This document shows, piece after piece, positions 40,301 to 49,244 of a stretch of 64,000 bases of DNA. The DNA is from Bacteroidia bacterium (GTDB lineage: Bacteria > Bacteroidota > Bacteroidia > J057 > JADKCL01). The notes under the pieces were generated by a model, which saw nothing but the letters and a program-made list of their open reading frames with translations, did not search any database and was not told the DNA's origin. The stretch lies in NCBI GenBank assembly GCA_041565275.1, contig JBFGVE010000001.1, forward strand, positions 25,970 to 89,969. The letters are read 5' to 3'. The translations under genes and the position numbers were made by a program. Each line of letters begins with the position of its first letter. The first letter of the stretch is position 1.

Positions 40301-41829
40301 GCGTCAAAGACTCGGGTATTGGCATCCCAAAAGAAAAGTTTCAATCCTTGTTTGATTCATTTTCTCAAGTAGATGCCTCAACTACCCGTAAGTATGGTGG
40401 TTCCGGTTTGGGTTTAGCTATTAGTTCCCAGCTCAGCCAGATGATGGGAGGTGATATGTGGGTCGAGAGTGAACCCGGTAAAGGATCTAGTTTCTATTTT
40501 ACTATCCGGGTAGGCATCTCTGCCCCCTGGCAGCTACCTGATGGAGGTCATCCAGCTAAAAATCTTCATGGTAAGCAGATTGCTACAGCAATTGCTGACC
40601 CAGTTGCCCGGGACTATATTAACCGGTACCTCAAACATTGGGGGCTGTCTCCAACCCATTTTATCTCCATGGATAGTTTCTTGTACCATCTGAAGATCAA
40701 TCCTCCTTATTTTGCTTTTCTTGATTCGCGAATTATCCGAAAGGAGACGATTCGGAATGTCAGCCTCCTTTCTAAATTGGCTTCAGAATACAACTTTAAC
40801 TATGCACTATTATGCGACCCGGGCATTGCTATTCACCTTAAATCTACTTTGAATGAAAAAGGCCGAATTCTCGATAAGCCTCTAAAAAGGGATGATCTAC
40901 TCAATTCACTCCTTCTGAAAAAGAAAGTTCAAGTGGACAGAAATCTCTTTCAGGTTGACCGGCAACTCGCCCTTCGTATTCCCCTTCGTATTCTTATTGC
41001 CGAAGACAATCCTATCAATATGGAAGTGATAACCGGAATGCTTTCTTCTTTGGGCTATGAGCGTACAGAGGCAGAAAACGGTGCAATTGTTCTGGAAAAG
41101 CTTAAAGATAAAAGCTACGACCTCGTATTAATGGATGTCCAGATGCCTGTTATGGATGGCCTGGAGACGACTCGTCAGATTATCTCTGTCTATGGAGACA
41201 ATCGTCCCACTATTGTTGCCATGACTGCTAATGCTATGGAAGCCGATCGCCAGGCCTGTTTGAAAGCGGGAATGGATACTTTCATATCGAAACCTTTCGA
41301 CCTTGAGGAATTGTCGGAACTGATTAACTCACTTCAGCAATTGAGAAGAGACACTACCAAATCTTCTGACATTCACAATATGGTTTCAGATACAGGGATT
41401 GCAGTCAGCACGGAGGAGGGTAGCCAGGAGAAAAATGATCCCTTAGATATCCCCGAAGAAAAGTATAAGATAATTGATCTGTCGATGCTGTATGAAGCAG
41501 GAGGTGGGGATCCTGCCTTTGTATTGACCATTGCAAAAAAATTGGTAGTCAAATTACCTTGGGCGATGAAAGAACTACGGGATCATCTCGAGAATCGGAA
41601 TTGGGACCAAATCCGTTCAATTGCCCACAGGACCAAATCCTCAGCAGCCTACACCGGAGCTTCAAATCTGGAGAAAAAATTCCATGACATTGAATGCATG
41701 GCCAGGGGATTGGTGGGTCTAGACGATATTTCTTTGAAACTGGATGATCTTGATGTTTACGTGAATAAAGTTGTAGATGAAATTAAGGTTGTCATCACTG
41801 ACCTCTCTAAAGGCGATAAGCATACCTGA
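37357..41829 (+). CDS. hybrid sensor histidine kinase/response regulator with periplasmic two-component-regulator propeller and Y_Y_Y domains
   Basis: 1490 aa with repeated beta-propeller blades (GLSQSEVFSICEDRRGYLWLGT...). Y_Y_Y region (IRYKYMLEGLDKDWN). TM segment (WWFRLGMLAVVSFLILWII). HisKA (SEFLAKMSHEIRTPMNG). HATPase_c (DSGIGIP...GGSGLGLAIS). Receiver (ILIAEDNPINMEV...LVLMDVQMPVMDG). C-terminal HPt (IAHRTKSSAAYTGA). The N-terminal start is uncertain. Confidence 0.9.
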   Translation: MRLLHNSPHSPISFRQNLPLRIIAGITLFLYPKNKLNTFCIVSFLCFCYFAKAQEFNLIEYNVGDGLSQSEVFSICEDRRGYLWLGTAGGGLNQFDGNEFKVYTKDDGMLSNSVSSILETRDGKLWLAYPSYGIGYFDGNKFTNYRGDRNNFRIGFNTRIVEDREGRLWISSRGGMVYQFKDEVFIPYDTSCGLMSNQCSGMELRNDGVLWVGQPNGFCIFNGIGFDSVSTREISSGLKNISTAHFQLDGTAYFGANETEIWKLEKGQYTRVGVFPELGAINHLYVDQRGWIWASGGWDVILIKNSRVSSLHDQTALWDVGGEEIMEDKTGNLWLGTRGGGIFKFPGETFTHYNKGTPLYRNAVFSITETQAGKFIIGTDQGVFEFENNQFLEIKDNNGASFLFTRHVVYSEKYGIYIRAAQNEVFLYKNGSVKAIPFVQGTVLSLFNVNGDIYAGTDIGLYRIQDEKFISMTEIDSAFFMPTGNAFLDNSGTWWLAHTTSGIRSYKDGVSRDYDTEDGLPHFYCTAFLEDKNKYIWVGTNEGLARFQNGRFCYLTSREGLIGNLIYCLTQDHNGNIWVGTEKGLSQIQINENSDPVNIRNLRRDEGFIGVETNEGAYLADSEGNLWFGTIYGLTKYNPQADRSSYSLPKVQIIDVKLNQEEVDWGKRQDSVYSWYHIPFQPKLKPTDNSLRFDFKAVALDYPGKIRYKYMLEGLDKDWNPPTTETQASYPVLPAGTYSFKVMAGRSDGAWSSDVASFEFTIPAHYYNTWWFRLGMLAVVSFLILWIIRYRISSIDRQRIILSKKVAERTRQVQEEKNKVEEANRVKSEFLAKMSHEIRTPMNGVIGMTDLLRRTSLTDQQRRFVDNIQISGKNLLNLINDILDFSRIESGKLELEAVPLDLRSLTEEVLDILAYEAFNKDLELIFYADPEIRGPVIGDPARLKQTLVNLVGNAIKFTESGQVALEALVVEKDPNEALIQICVKDSGIGIPKEKFQSLFDSFSQVDASTTRKYGGSGLGLAISSQLSQMMGGDMWVESEPGKGSSFYFTIRVGISAPWQLPDGGHPAKNLHGKQIATAIADPVARDYINRYLKHWGLSPTHFISMDSFLYHLKINPPYFAFLDSRIIRKETIRNVSLLSKLASEYNFNYALLCDPGIAIHLKSTLNEKGRILDKPLKRDDLLNSLLLKKKVQVDRNLFQVDRQLALRIPLRILIAEDNPINMEVITGMLSSLGYERTEAENGAIVLEKLKDKSYDLVLMDVQMPVMDGLETTRQIISVYGDNRPTIVAMTANAMEADRQACLKAGMDTFISKPFDLEELSELINSLQQLRRDTTKSSDIHNMVSDTGIAVSTEEGSQEKNDPLDIPEEKYKIIDLSMLYEAGGGDPAFVLTIAKKLVVKLPWAMKELRDHLENRNWDQIRSIAHRTKSSAAYTGASNLEKKFHDIECMARGLVGLDDISLKLDDLDVYVNKVVDEIKVVITDLSKGDKHT

Positions 41830-41986
41830 GTTTCCAGGGCAGCATCAGTCAATTGTCAATCTCTGTTGTTGTTTATGAAATCATCTTCGCCCAGGTAATT
41901 TTACCGTTACCCTCCATGATGATTCAGATTACACCGCCAGTGAAACATAGTTCAATTTAAGCCTTCCATCAGTTAATATGGGTTAA

Positions 41987-43402
41987 CTACTTGTGAATAG
42001 CCTTGTTGTCGAAGGCATCCATGGCAGCTTCTTTAATGCTTTCAGAGAAAGTAGGATGGGCATGAGAGAAGATGGCAATGTCTTCGGCAGAAGCTTTGAA
42101 TTCCAGGCCTATGACACCTTCCATAATCATATCTGCAGCTCTAGGGCCAATGATATGCATCCCAAGTATTTCATCGGTTTCCTTGTCAGCAAGAATCTTT
42201 ACCAGGCCTGCCGTATCCATACTGGCCCTTGCACGGCCACTGGCTCGAAAGTGAAAAGTTCCCGATTTATATGCTTTGCCATCTGCTTTCAATTCTTCTT
42301 CGGTAAAACCCACTCCAGCGATTTCCGGCCAAGTATAAACAACATTGGGTATGGCCCGATAGTTAATATGGGGGTGTTTTCCAGCAAGCAACTCTGCAAC
42401 CAAAACACCTTCTTCGGAGGCTTTGTGCGCGAGCATGGCCCCTTTGATTACGTCGCCGATAGCATAAATCCCAGAAACATTGGTTTGGAGATTTGAATCC
42501 ACATCTATTCGACCCTGGTCATCCAGTTTCAAACCAATATTCTCCAAACCGAGATTATCAGTGTAAGGACGGCGGCCCGTAGCGACCAAACAATAATCGG
42601 CTTTGAATTCCACCTTCTCTCCATTCTTCATGTTTTCTGCAATAGCCGTTACAGAACTGGAAGTTGAGGTAACATTAGTGACCTTATGTTTGAAGTAAAA
42701 TTTGAATCCCAATTCTTTGCTGAGGATTTTCCTGATTTCCCGGCTCATAGAGCCATCCATACCTCCGATGGCTTGGTCAGAGTATTCAATAACTTCGACC
42801 TCGGTTCCCAGACGAGCAAATACTGAACCCATTTCCAAACCAATTACGCCGGCACCTATGACTAGCATCTTTTTGGGAACCTCGGTTAGTTCCAATCCCT
42901 CAGTGGAGGTGATGATCCTTTTTTTATCGATCTTAACTCCTGGGATAGAATTGGGCTTTGAACCTGTGGCAATAATGGTTTTGTCTGTAAAAATTTCCTG
43001 GTGGCTGTCTTCATCACCTTTGACAACAATTATATTCTTGTCTCTGAAAGAGCCGTGCCCATGATAGACATCGACCCCATTTTTATTCATTAAAAAGGCC
43101 ACTCCATCGGTCGTTGCCTTTACAACTTCAGCCTTGCGCTTAATCATCTGAGGCATATTAACGGAGGGGTTGGAAATTTCTATTCCATGCTCCGCGAATT
43201 TATGCAGGGCATCGTAGTAATGGTGGCTGGAGTCAAGCAAAGCTTTGGAAGGAATACAGCCTACGTTCAGGCAAGTGCCTCCCAATGTGGGATAGCGTTC
43301 GATGATAGCAGTTTTCATCCCCAATTGCGCACATCGAATGGCGCAAACATATCCGCCAGGACCTGACCCGATTACAGTAACGTCGTATTTATTTTTAGCC
43401 AT
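41987..43402 (-). CDS. lpdA: dihydrolipoyl dehydrogenase (E3)
   Basis: The track ORF extends to 43519. The ATG at 43402 gives MAKNKYDVTVIGSGPGGYVCAIRCAQLG. Redox-active GGTCLNVGCIPSK. C-terminal HAHPTFSE. Confidence 0.93.
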   Translation of the reverse strand: MAKNKYDVTVIGSGPGGYVCAIRCAQLGMKTAIIERYPTLGGTCLNVGCIPSKALLDSSHHYYDALHKFAEHGIEISNPSVNMPQMIKRKAEVVKATTDGVAFLMNKNGVDVYHGHGSFRDKNIIVVKGDEDSHQEIFTDKTIIATGSKPNSIPGVKIDKKRIITSTEGLELTEVPKKMLVIGAGVIGLEMGSVFARLGTEVEVIEYSDQAIGGMDGSMSREIRKILSKELGFKFYFKHKVTNVTSTSSSVTAIAENMKNGEKVEFKADYCLVATGRRPYTDNLGLENIGLKLDDQGRIDVDSNLQTNVSGIYAIGDVIKGAMLAHKASEEGVLVAELLAGKHPHINYRAIPNVVYTWPEIAGVGFTEEELKADGKAYKSGTFHFRASGRARASMDTAGLVKILADKETDEILGMHIIGPRAADMIMEGVIGLEFKASAEDIAIFSHAHPTFSESIKEAAMDAFDNKAIHK

Positions 43403-43508
43403 GATTCGTGGTTTCTTAATTGGAAAAGGCCAAGTTATTGGAATGCTATTCGAATTACAAAACTTACATGTAACGGAAATGTTGAAATCACTAAATTCGT
43501 ACCTATCC

Positions 43509-44102
43509 ATGACCCTCAAAACAAGAGTACCCTTGGTTTTGGCTTCAGGATCCCCGAGAAGGCGAGATTTGTTGCGTGAGTTAGATCTTGAGTTCGAGAT
43601 TTTGGTGCGAGAAGTAAAAGAAGTTGTTCCTGTAGGGATGTCTCCGACTGCAGTGGCGGAGCATTTGGCCCTTTTTAAGGCCCAGGCCTATAATGACATT
43701 GCTGTTGACCATGTAGTCATTACGGCAGATACTCTAGTTACCCTGGGAAATGAAATTCTAGGTAAACCGAATTCTCACGCTGAATCGGTACAAATGTTAA
43801 AGGACTTGTCTGGGACCGTAAATTGGGTGATTAGCGGAGTTTGTATCAACTTCGCAGGGCAATGCAGGGTATTTCATGAAATAACGAAAGTTCATTTTCG
43901 GAATCTAAAGCGTTGGGAGATTGAATATTATATCCAGAAATTTCGGCCTTTCGACAAAGCGGGAGCTTATGGGATCCAAGAGTGGATTGGGATGGTTGGA
44001 ATAGAGCACATGGAAGGGGATTATTACAATGTGGTAGGATTACCATTAGCGAGATTGTGGCGGGAGTTACAGCCATGGCTGGTAGATGGGCACAGACCCT
44101 AG
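43509..44102 (+). CDS. maf: Maf family nucleoside triphosphate pyrophosphatase
   Basis: The track ORF starts at 43302 and overlaps lpdA. The ATG at 43509 gives MTLKTRVPLVLASGSPRRRDLL.... It contains KAGAYGIQE. An alternative ATG lies at 43479. Confidence 0.85.
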   Translation: MTLKTRVPLVLASGSPRRRDLLRELDLEFEILVREVKEVVPVGMSPTAVAEHLALFKAQAYNDIAVDHVVITADTLVTLGNEILGKPNSHAESVQMLKDLSGTVNWVISGVCINFAGQCRVFHEITKVHFRNLKRWEIEYYIQKFRPFDKAGAYGIQEWIGMVGIEHMEGDYYNVVGLPLARLWRELQPWLVDGHRP

Positions 44103-44217
44103 GTATATTCGAAATTTGATCACCTTTCGTTTGATTAACTAATGAAAGACTTGATTTTTATTTGCTGCTTAACGAATATTATGTGCATGCATACAATCAT
44201 TTCAGAAAGAAGAGACA

Positions 44218-44667
44218 GTGGCGGAAAGAAACACGGTTCTTACCAAAGAAGATATTGGATTTGATATCAAAGTGACATGGTTGGCCATTTCCCGAATGTT
44301 TAGTCCTCAAGCCGCGGAGCACAACATGACGGTGACGATGGGCTTTGTTCTCCTAAACATAGACCGTGAACGTGGAACACCTGCTACTAAGATTGCCCCT
44401 ATTCTGGGGATGGAGCCTAGAAGTTTGACTCGCCTTATCAAAAAGATGGTTGAGGGTGGACTGGTCGTACGGCGTCCAGATCCCGAAGATCGTCGATCTA
44501 TACGTATTTTCCTTACTGATAAAGGGTTCAATAAGAAACTGGTTACCAAACAGAGTATTGAATTCTTTAACATGGCGGTTCGCGAGCGCTTATCAGACGA
44601 GGAATTGAGTTCCTTTTTTGGAGTACTGGATAAAATCCATCAGGTTATTAAAGAAAAAACGAAGTAG
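44218..44667 (+). CDS. MarR family transcriptional regulator
   Basis: 149 aa with a GTG start. LTRLIKKMVEGGLVVRRPDPEDRRSIRIFLTDKG. It ends 3 nt before the beta-oxidation genes. Confidence 0.85.
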   Translation: MAERNTVLTKEDIGFDIKVTWLAISRMFSPQAAEHNMTVTMGFVLLNIDRERGTPATKIAPILGMEPRSLTRLIKKMVEGGLVVRRPDPEDRRSIRIFLTDKGFNKKLVTKQSIEFFNMAVRERLSDEELSSFFGVLDKIHQVIKEKTK

Positions 44668-44670
44668 AAG

Positions 44671-47103
44671 ATGTCAAGAATAGAGACCATCAACCTCAAC
44701 CAGGTAGCCAAAGGTCATACGATCAATAAGGTCGCGGTCCTTGGTTCCGGTATTATGGGAACAGGTATTGCCTGCCACTTCGCCAATATTGGTGTGGAGG
44801 TGTTGATGCTGGATATTGTTCCTTTAAATATTGGGGAATTTGAGAAAAACAATCCGTCATCACGCAACAGGATCGGCAATGAGGCTATCAAAGCTGCTAC
44901 CAAGGCAAGGTTGAATCCGCTATACCACAAGTCCTTTGTAGAGCGGATCACTATTGGAAATTTTGATGACAATTTTGAACAGATCAAAGATGCTGATCTA
45001 ATTATCGAAGCTGTGATAGAACGCCTCGATGTCAAGCAGCAGATCTTCGAGAAAGTTGATCGTTTCCGTAAAAAGGACAGTATTGTTGCCTCAAATACCT
45101 CAGGCATTCCTATCCACATGATGCTTGAAGGTCGCTCTGATAGTTTCAAGATGAACTTCTTGGGCATGCACTTCTTCAACCCGGTACGCTACCTGAGGTT
45201 GTTGGAAATAATTCCAACCTCCTATACCGCTTCTGAGGTAACCAAGTTTTTGATGAAATATGGTGATCTCTTTCTGGGTAAGGAAACTGTCGAATGCAAA
45301 GATACACCTGCATTTATTGCCAACCGTGTTGGTATATATGCCTTGGTTAAGGTGCTTGAACTCGTAAAAGAGCTGGATCTAACCATTGAGGAAACAGATA
45401 AGCTTACCGGCCCTGTCACGGGAAAGCCAAAGACTGGTACATTTCGCTTAAACGACCTGATCGGCATGGATACAACGGTAAAGGTCAAGAAGGGTATTGC
45501 TGAGAATTGCCCCAATGATGAAGCATATTCTTTATTTGCAAAAGACGGTATCATTGAAAGTATGGTAGCAAAAGGATGGTATGGTGACAAAACCAAGCAG
45601 GGATTCTACAAGAAGACGGAAGAAAAAGATGGAGACGGCAAGTCAGTTATCTTCAGCCTGGACTTGAATACCATGGAGTATAGGACCAAACAGCGGCCAA
45701 AATTGGATTCTTTGGACGCTATCAGTAACATAGATGACCTGTCGCGCCGCCTGAAGATACTTTATGACTTTGATGATAAAGGAGGCGAGTTGGTCCGTAA
45801 ATCAGCGCAGAGCCTGTTTGCTTATGTTTCCAATCGCATTCCTGAAATTGCTGACGATCTGTATCAGATTGATGCGGCGCTTCGTGCAGGATTTGCCTGG
45901 GACCTTGGTCCTTTTCAAAGTTCTGAGATCATCGGAGTCCGAAAGTTGTATGATGATTGTATCTCTGAAGGCATCAAAGTTGGTGACTGGGTCAAGGAGA
46001 TGTTAGATGCTGGCCATGAAACATTTTACAAAAGCGAAGGTGGAGGACATCTGTTCTACCATATCCCCTCCAAATCCTACAAAATCGTTCCTGGTACTGA
46101 GCAAAAAATCTCCTTGGATGTTATCCGTAAAACCAGTGTTGTCTGGGAGAATTCAGGAAGTTCTCTTCATGATCTTGGTGATGGGGTACTAGGTCTCGAA
46201 TTCCACACAAAGATGAACTCCATAGGCGGTGAAATATTAGAAGCAGTCAACAAGTCCATCGAGATCGCTGGGAGTCAAGGTTGGAAAGGAATAGTCATAG
46301 GTAACAACGGCCTTAATTTCTCTGCGGGTGCTAACTTGGCTATGATGCTCATGTTGGCGGTTGATCAGGAATGGGACGAATTATACTTTGCCATCAAGGC
46401 ATTTCAGCAGACTGTCTCCCGGATTCGTTTTTCACCTATTCCAGTCGTCATTGCACCCCATGGGCTAACTTTAGGTGGTGGTTGCGAAATGACCATGCAC
46501 GGCGATCAGGTTGTTGCTGCTGCTGAGACTTACATTGGCCTTGTAGAAGTGGGAGTTGGTTTGGTTCCTGCAGGCGGTGGTACCAAGGAAATGGTTTTGC
46601 GCCTATCCGACAGTTTCGAAACAGGTGATGTTCAATTAAACTCCCTTCAGAACCGTCTTATGACTATTGCCCAGGCAAAAGTTGCGACTTCAGCTTATGA
46701 AGCTTTCGACCTCGGTATCCTGAAGCCAGAGAACATTGTCTCTGTTAACTTGGATCGTCGTCTCAAAGACGCAAAAACAGAGGTCATCCGACTCTACGAA
46801 AAAGGTTATGTGCAGCCCTCAGAGCGTACCAATATTAAAGTTCTAGGCCAAACTGGACTCGGAATGCTCAATTCGGGCATTTACGCATTGTATGCAGCCG
46901 GGTGGGCCTCAGAGCACGACATGAAAGTTGCTAAGAAAGTTGCCTGGATCATGTGTGGTGGTGATCTTTCAGGTACTCAGGAAGTGAATGAAACTTATCT
47001 CCTAGACCTTGAACGGGAAGCATTTCTCAGCTTGCTAGGTGAACCCAAAACTCTCAAACGGATAGAGCACACCCTGAAAACTGGTAAACCATTGCGTAAT
47101 TAA
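44671..47103 (+). CDS. 3-hydroxyacyl-CoA dehydrogenase / enoyl-CoA hydratase fusion protein
   Basis: 810 aa. N-terminal NAD-binding VAVLGSGIMGTGIA followed by the 3HCDH C-domain. The C-terminal crotonase fold contains NFSAGANL and GLTLGGGCEM. Confidence 0.9.
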   Translation: MSRIETINLNQVAKGHTINKVAVLGSGIMGTGIACHFANIGVEVLMLDIVPLNIGEFEKNNPSSRNRIGNEAIKAATKARLNPLYHKSFVERITIGNFDDNFEQIKDADLIIEAVIERLDVKQQIFEKVDRFRKKDSIVASNTSGIPIHMMLEGRSDSFKMNFLGMHFFNPVRYLRLLEIIPTSYTASEVTKFLMKYGDLFLGKETVECKDTPAFIANRVGIYALVKVLELVKELDLTIEETDKLTGPVTGKPKTGTFRLNDLIGMDTTVKVKKGIAENCPNDEAYSLFAKDGIIESMVAKGWYGDKTKQGFYKKTEEKDGDGKSVIFSLDLNTMEYRTKQRPKLDSLDAISNIDDLSRRLKILYDFDDKGGELVRKSAQSLFAYVSNRIPEIADDLYQIDAALRAGFAWDLGPFQSSEIIGVRKLYDDCISEGIKVGDWVKEMLDAGHETFYKSEGGGHLFYHIPSKSYKIVPGTEQKISLDVIRKTSVVWENSGSSLHDLGDGVLGLEFHTKMNSIGGEILEAVNKSIEIAGSQGWKGIVIGNNGLNFSAGANLAMMLMLAVDQEWDELYFAIKAFQQTVSRIRFSPIPVVIAPHGLTLGGGCEMTMHGDQVVAAAETYIGLVEVGVGLVPAGGGTKEMVLRLSDSFETGDVQLNSLQNRLMTIAQAKVATSAYEAFDLGILKPENIVSVNLDRRLKDAKTEVIRLYEKGYVQPSERTNIKVLGQTGLGMLNSGIYALYAAGWASEHDMKVAKKVAWIMCGGDLSGTQEVNETYLLDLEREAFLSLLGEPKTLKRIEHTLKTGKPLRN

Positions 47104-47118
47104 TTAATTCAAATTAGA

Positions 47119-48030
47119 ATGAGACTCTTCGGCAAAATAATCCAAATCTTCCTCCGTCTCTTTGGGGTAAAGAGAGACACATCTGGTGCACAAGATGGAG
47201 CAGAAATTGATAGCTCTCTCTCGGAAATAGAATTATCGGATAGCACTGATATTAACTCCGATGAACCAGTTTTTACAGATCCGGACAGTAGTGTCCCCAC
47301 GGTAATTGGTGACACGGTAGTTGGTGACACGGTAGGAGGCGATGAGCCTGACCATCTGGTGGATGTTACTGCTGCCCATGAACCGCGCTATCTATGGTGC
47401 TTGGACAACGGACATGGAAAAGCTACTCCGGGAAAACGATCAGGACTGTTTGCCGATGGAACCCGTCTCTACGAATATGAATTTAACCGAGGCTTGAATC
47501 ATATACTCATGGACAAGCTGGACGAGATAGGTGTTCAGTATTACAATGTTGTTCCTGAGATCGAAGGAGATACCCCATTGGATATCCGGGTAAACCGCGC
47601 CAACTCAAAGTTTAGTGACCTTCCTGGTGGGAAAATTTTCCTTTCTATCCACGCCAATGCCAGTGTCGTCAGTGGGTGGGATCCTCAAAATATCCGCGGA
47701 ATAGAGACATGGTTTTATGGAGGAAGTTGGCGAGGAAAAAAGATCGCCTCTGCATTCCAAAGGTCTTTGATCGGTGAGATGGGTTGGAAGGACCGTTTTC
47801 TCAAGTACCATGAACCTTATTCCAAAAGTTTTTACGTACTCCGAAAAACCAGTATGCCAGCCATTCTGATTGAGAACGGATTCTTTACCAGTCGGGAAGA
47901 AGCAGCGCTTCTCCGTTCAGACGAAGTTCGGGAACAACTCGCCAATGCTTATGTAAAGGCCATTCTCCAAATTGAAAAGAATGATATCAGCAGTGTGAAG
48001 ACTTACGAGAAAATTTTCAAATACAGTTAA
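47119..48030 (+). CDS. N-acetylmuramoyl-L-alanine amidase (amidase_3 family) with an acidic N-terminal extension
   Basis: 303 aa. LDNGHGKATPGKRS, IFLSIHANA and PAILIENGFFTS are amidase_3 motifs. The first ~95 aa are acidic and low-complexity, with no obvious signal peptide. Confidence 0.8.
   Translation: MRLFGKIIQIFLRLFGVKRDTSGAQDGAEIDSSLSEIELSDSTDINSDEPVFTDPDSSVPTVIGDTVVGDTVGGDEPDHLVDVTAAHEPRYLWCLDNGHGKATPGKRSGLFADGTRLYEYEFNRGLNHILMDKLDEIGVQYYNVVPEIEGDTPLDIRVNRANSKFSDLPGGKIFLSIHANASVVSGWDPQNIRGIETWFYGGSWRGKKIASAFQRSLIGEMGWKDRFLKYHEPYSKSFYVLRKTSMPAILIENGFFTSREEAALLRSDEVREQLANAYVKAILQIEKNDISSVKTYEKIFKYS
47306..47335 (+). repeat. perfect 15-bp tandem duplication (TTGGTGACACGGTAG x2) inside the amidase gene
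   Basis: Direct reading. It encodes (I/V)GDTV twice and stays in frame. Confidence 0.9.
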
Positions 48031-48050
48031 AAAAAACATCTAGTTATAGT

Positions 48051-49223
48051 ATGGAAGCATATATTGTATCCGGATACCGTACCGCAGTTGGGAAAGCCAG
48101 TCGTGGCGGATTTAAATTTGTTCGTCCGGACAACCTGGCTGCCAATGTGATAAAACATATTGTTACTAGGGTTCCTGCTCTTGAAGCTGACCGGATAGAT
48201 GACCTTATCGTAGGGTGTGCAGTCCCGGAGGCAGAGCAAGGTCTACAAATTGGCCGCATAATATCCTTACTTTCTCTTCCGATCAATGTGCCGGGTATGA
48301 CTATAAATCGCTACTGTGGTTCTGGTTTGGAAGCGGTGGTACTGGCAGTAGCCAAGATCAGAGCGGGTATGGCAGATTGTATCATTGCAGGCGGCACCGA
48401 ATCTATGTCTTTGGTACCAACAATTGGTTTTAAAACTGCCCTAAATTACAATATCGCTGAGTCCCACCCTGAGTGGTACTTTGGCATGGGCCAGACCGCT
48501 GAGGAGGTGACCAAAGATTTCAATATCAGCCGCGAAGATCAGGATGCGTTTTCATTGCGTTCCCATAAACGTGCCGCTGACGCGATTGATGCAGGCAGAT
48601 TCAAAGATGAGATAGTTTCTGTAGATGTGACTGAAAAGCTATTTATAGATGGAAAAGTCGAAACTAGAGTCTTTACTGTAGATACCGATGAGGGTGTACG
48701 TCGTGATTCCAGTTTGGAAGCACTAGGTCGCCTTCGTCCTGTATTTGCCGCCAACGGTACTGTAACTGCTGGTAACTCCAGTCAGACTTCTGATGGAGCT
48801 GCCTTCGTTATGGTGATGTCCGAGACGATGGTTAAAGAGCTAAACATCGAACCAATCGCTCGCTTGGTCAGCTATGCCGCAGTAGGTGTCAATCCTCGGA
48901 TCATGGGTATAGGACCGATCGAAGCAGTACCCATTGCACTAAAGAAAGCCGGTTTGAAGATAAATGACATCGACCTGTTTGAGTTGAACGAAGCATTTGC
49001 AGCACAGTCATTGGCAGTCATTCGTGAACTGGAACTAGACGAAGACATTGTTAATGTAAATGGTGGAGCCATTGCGCTTGGACACCCCCTAGCGTGTACC
49101 GGGACCAAGCTTTCTATTCAGATTTTCAACGAACTGCGTCGCCGCAACAAGAAGTACGGTATCGTAACAGCTTGTGTGGGTGGTGGTCAGGGTGTCGCCG
49201 GAATCTATGAATTGTTGAATTGA
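48051..49223 (+). CDS. fadA: acetyl-CoA C-acyltransferase (thiolase)
   Basis: 390 aa. Active-site INRYCGSGLEA. C-terminal NVNGGAIALGHPLACTG and TACVGGGQG. Confidence 0.93.
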   Translation: MEAYIVSGYRTAVGKASRGGFKFVRPDNLAANVIKHIVTRVPALEADRIDDLIVGCAVPEAEQGLQIGRIISLLSLPINVPGMTINRYCGSGLEAVVLAVAKIRAGMADCIIAGGTESMSLVPTIGFKTALNYNIAESHPEWYFGMGQTAEEVTKDFNISREDQDAFSLRSHKRAADAIDAGRFKDEIVSVDVTEKLFIDGKVETRVFTVDTDEGVRRDSSLEALGRLRPVFAANGTVTAGNSSQTSDGAAFVMVMSETMVKELNIEPIARLVSYAAVGVNPRIMGIGPIEAVPIALKKAGLKINDIDLFELNEAFAAQSLAVIRELELDEDIVNVNGGAIALGHPLACTGTKLSIQIFNELRRRNKKYGIVTACVGGGQGVAGIYELLN

Positions 49224-49244
49224 TCATTAATTGTTAAGAAAGAT

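Noticed and set aside
43302-43508. N-terminal 69-aa extension of the maf ORF, overlapping the lpdA start by about 100 nt
   Set aside because: The extension has no Maf similarity. It is the antisense of the lpdA N-terminus and promoter region. The ATG at 43509 gives the canonical Maf start (LVLASGSPRR follows). Likewise, the lpdA ORF extension 43403-43519 precedes the canonical MAKNKYDVTVIGSGPGGY start.
44183-44198. TGCATGCA palindrome upstream of the second MarR gene as an operator
   Set aside because: Only 8 bp are palindromic and the flanks do not extend the symmetry. An occurrence this short is expected by chance.
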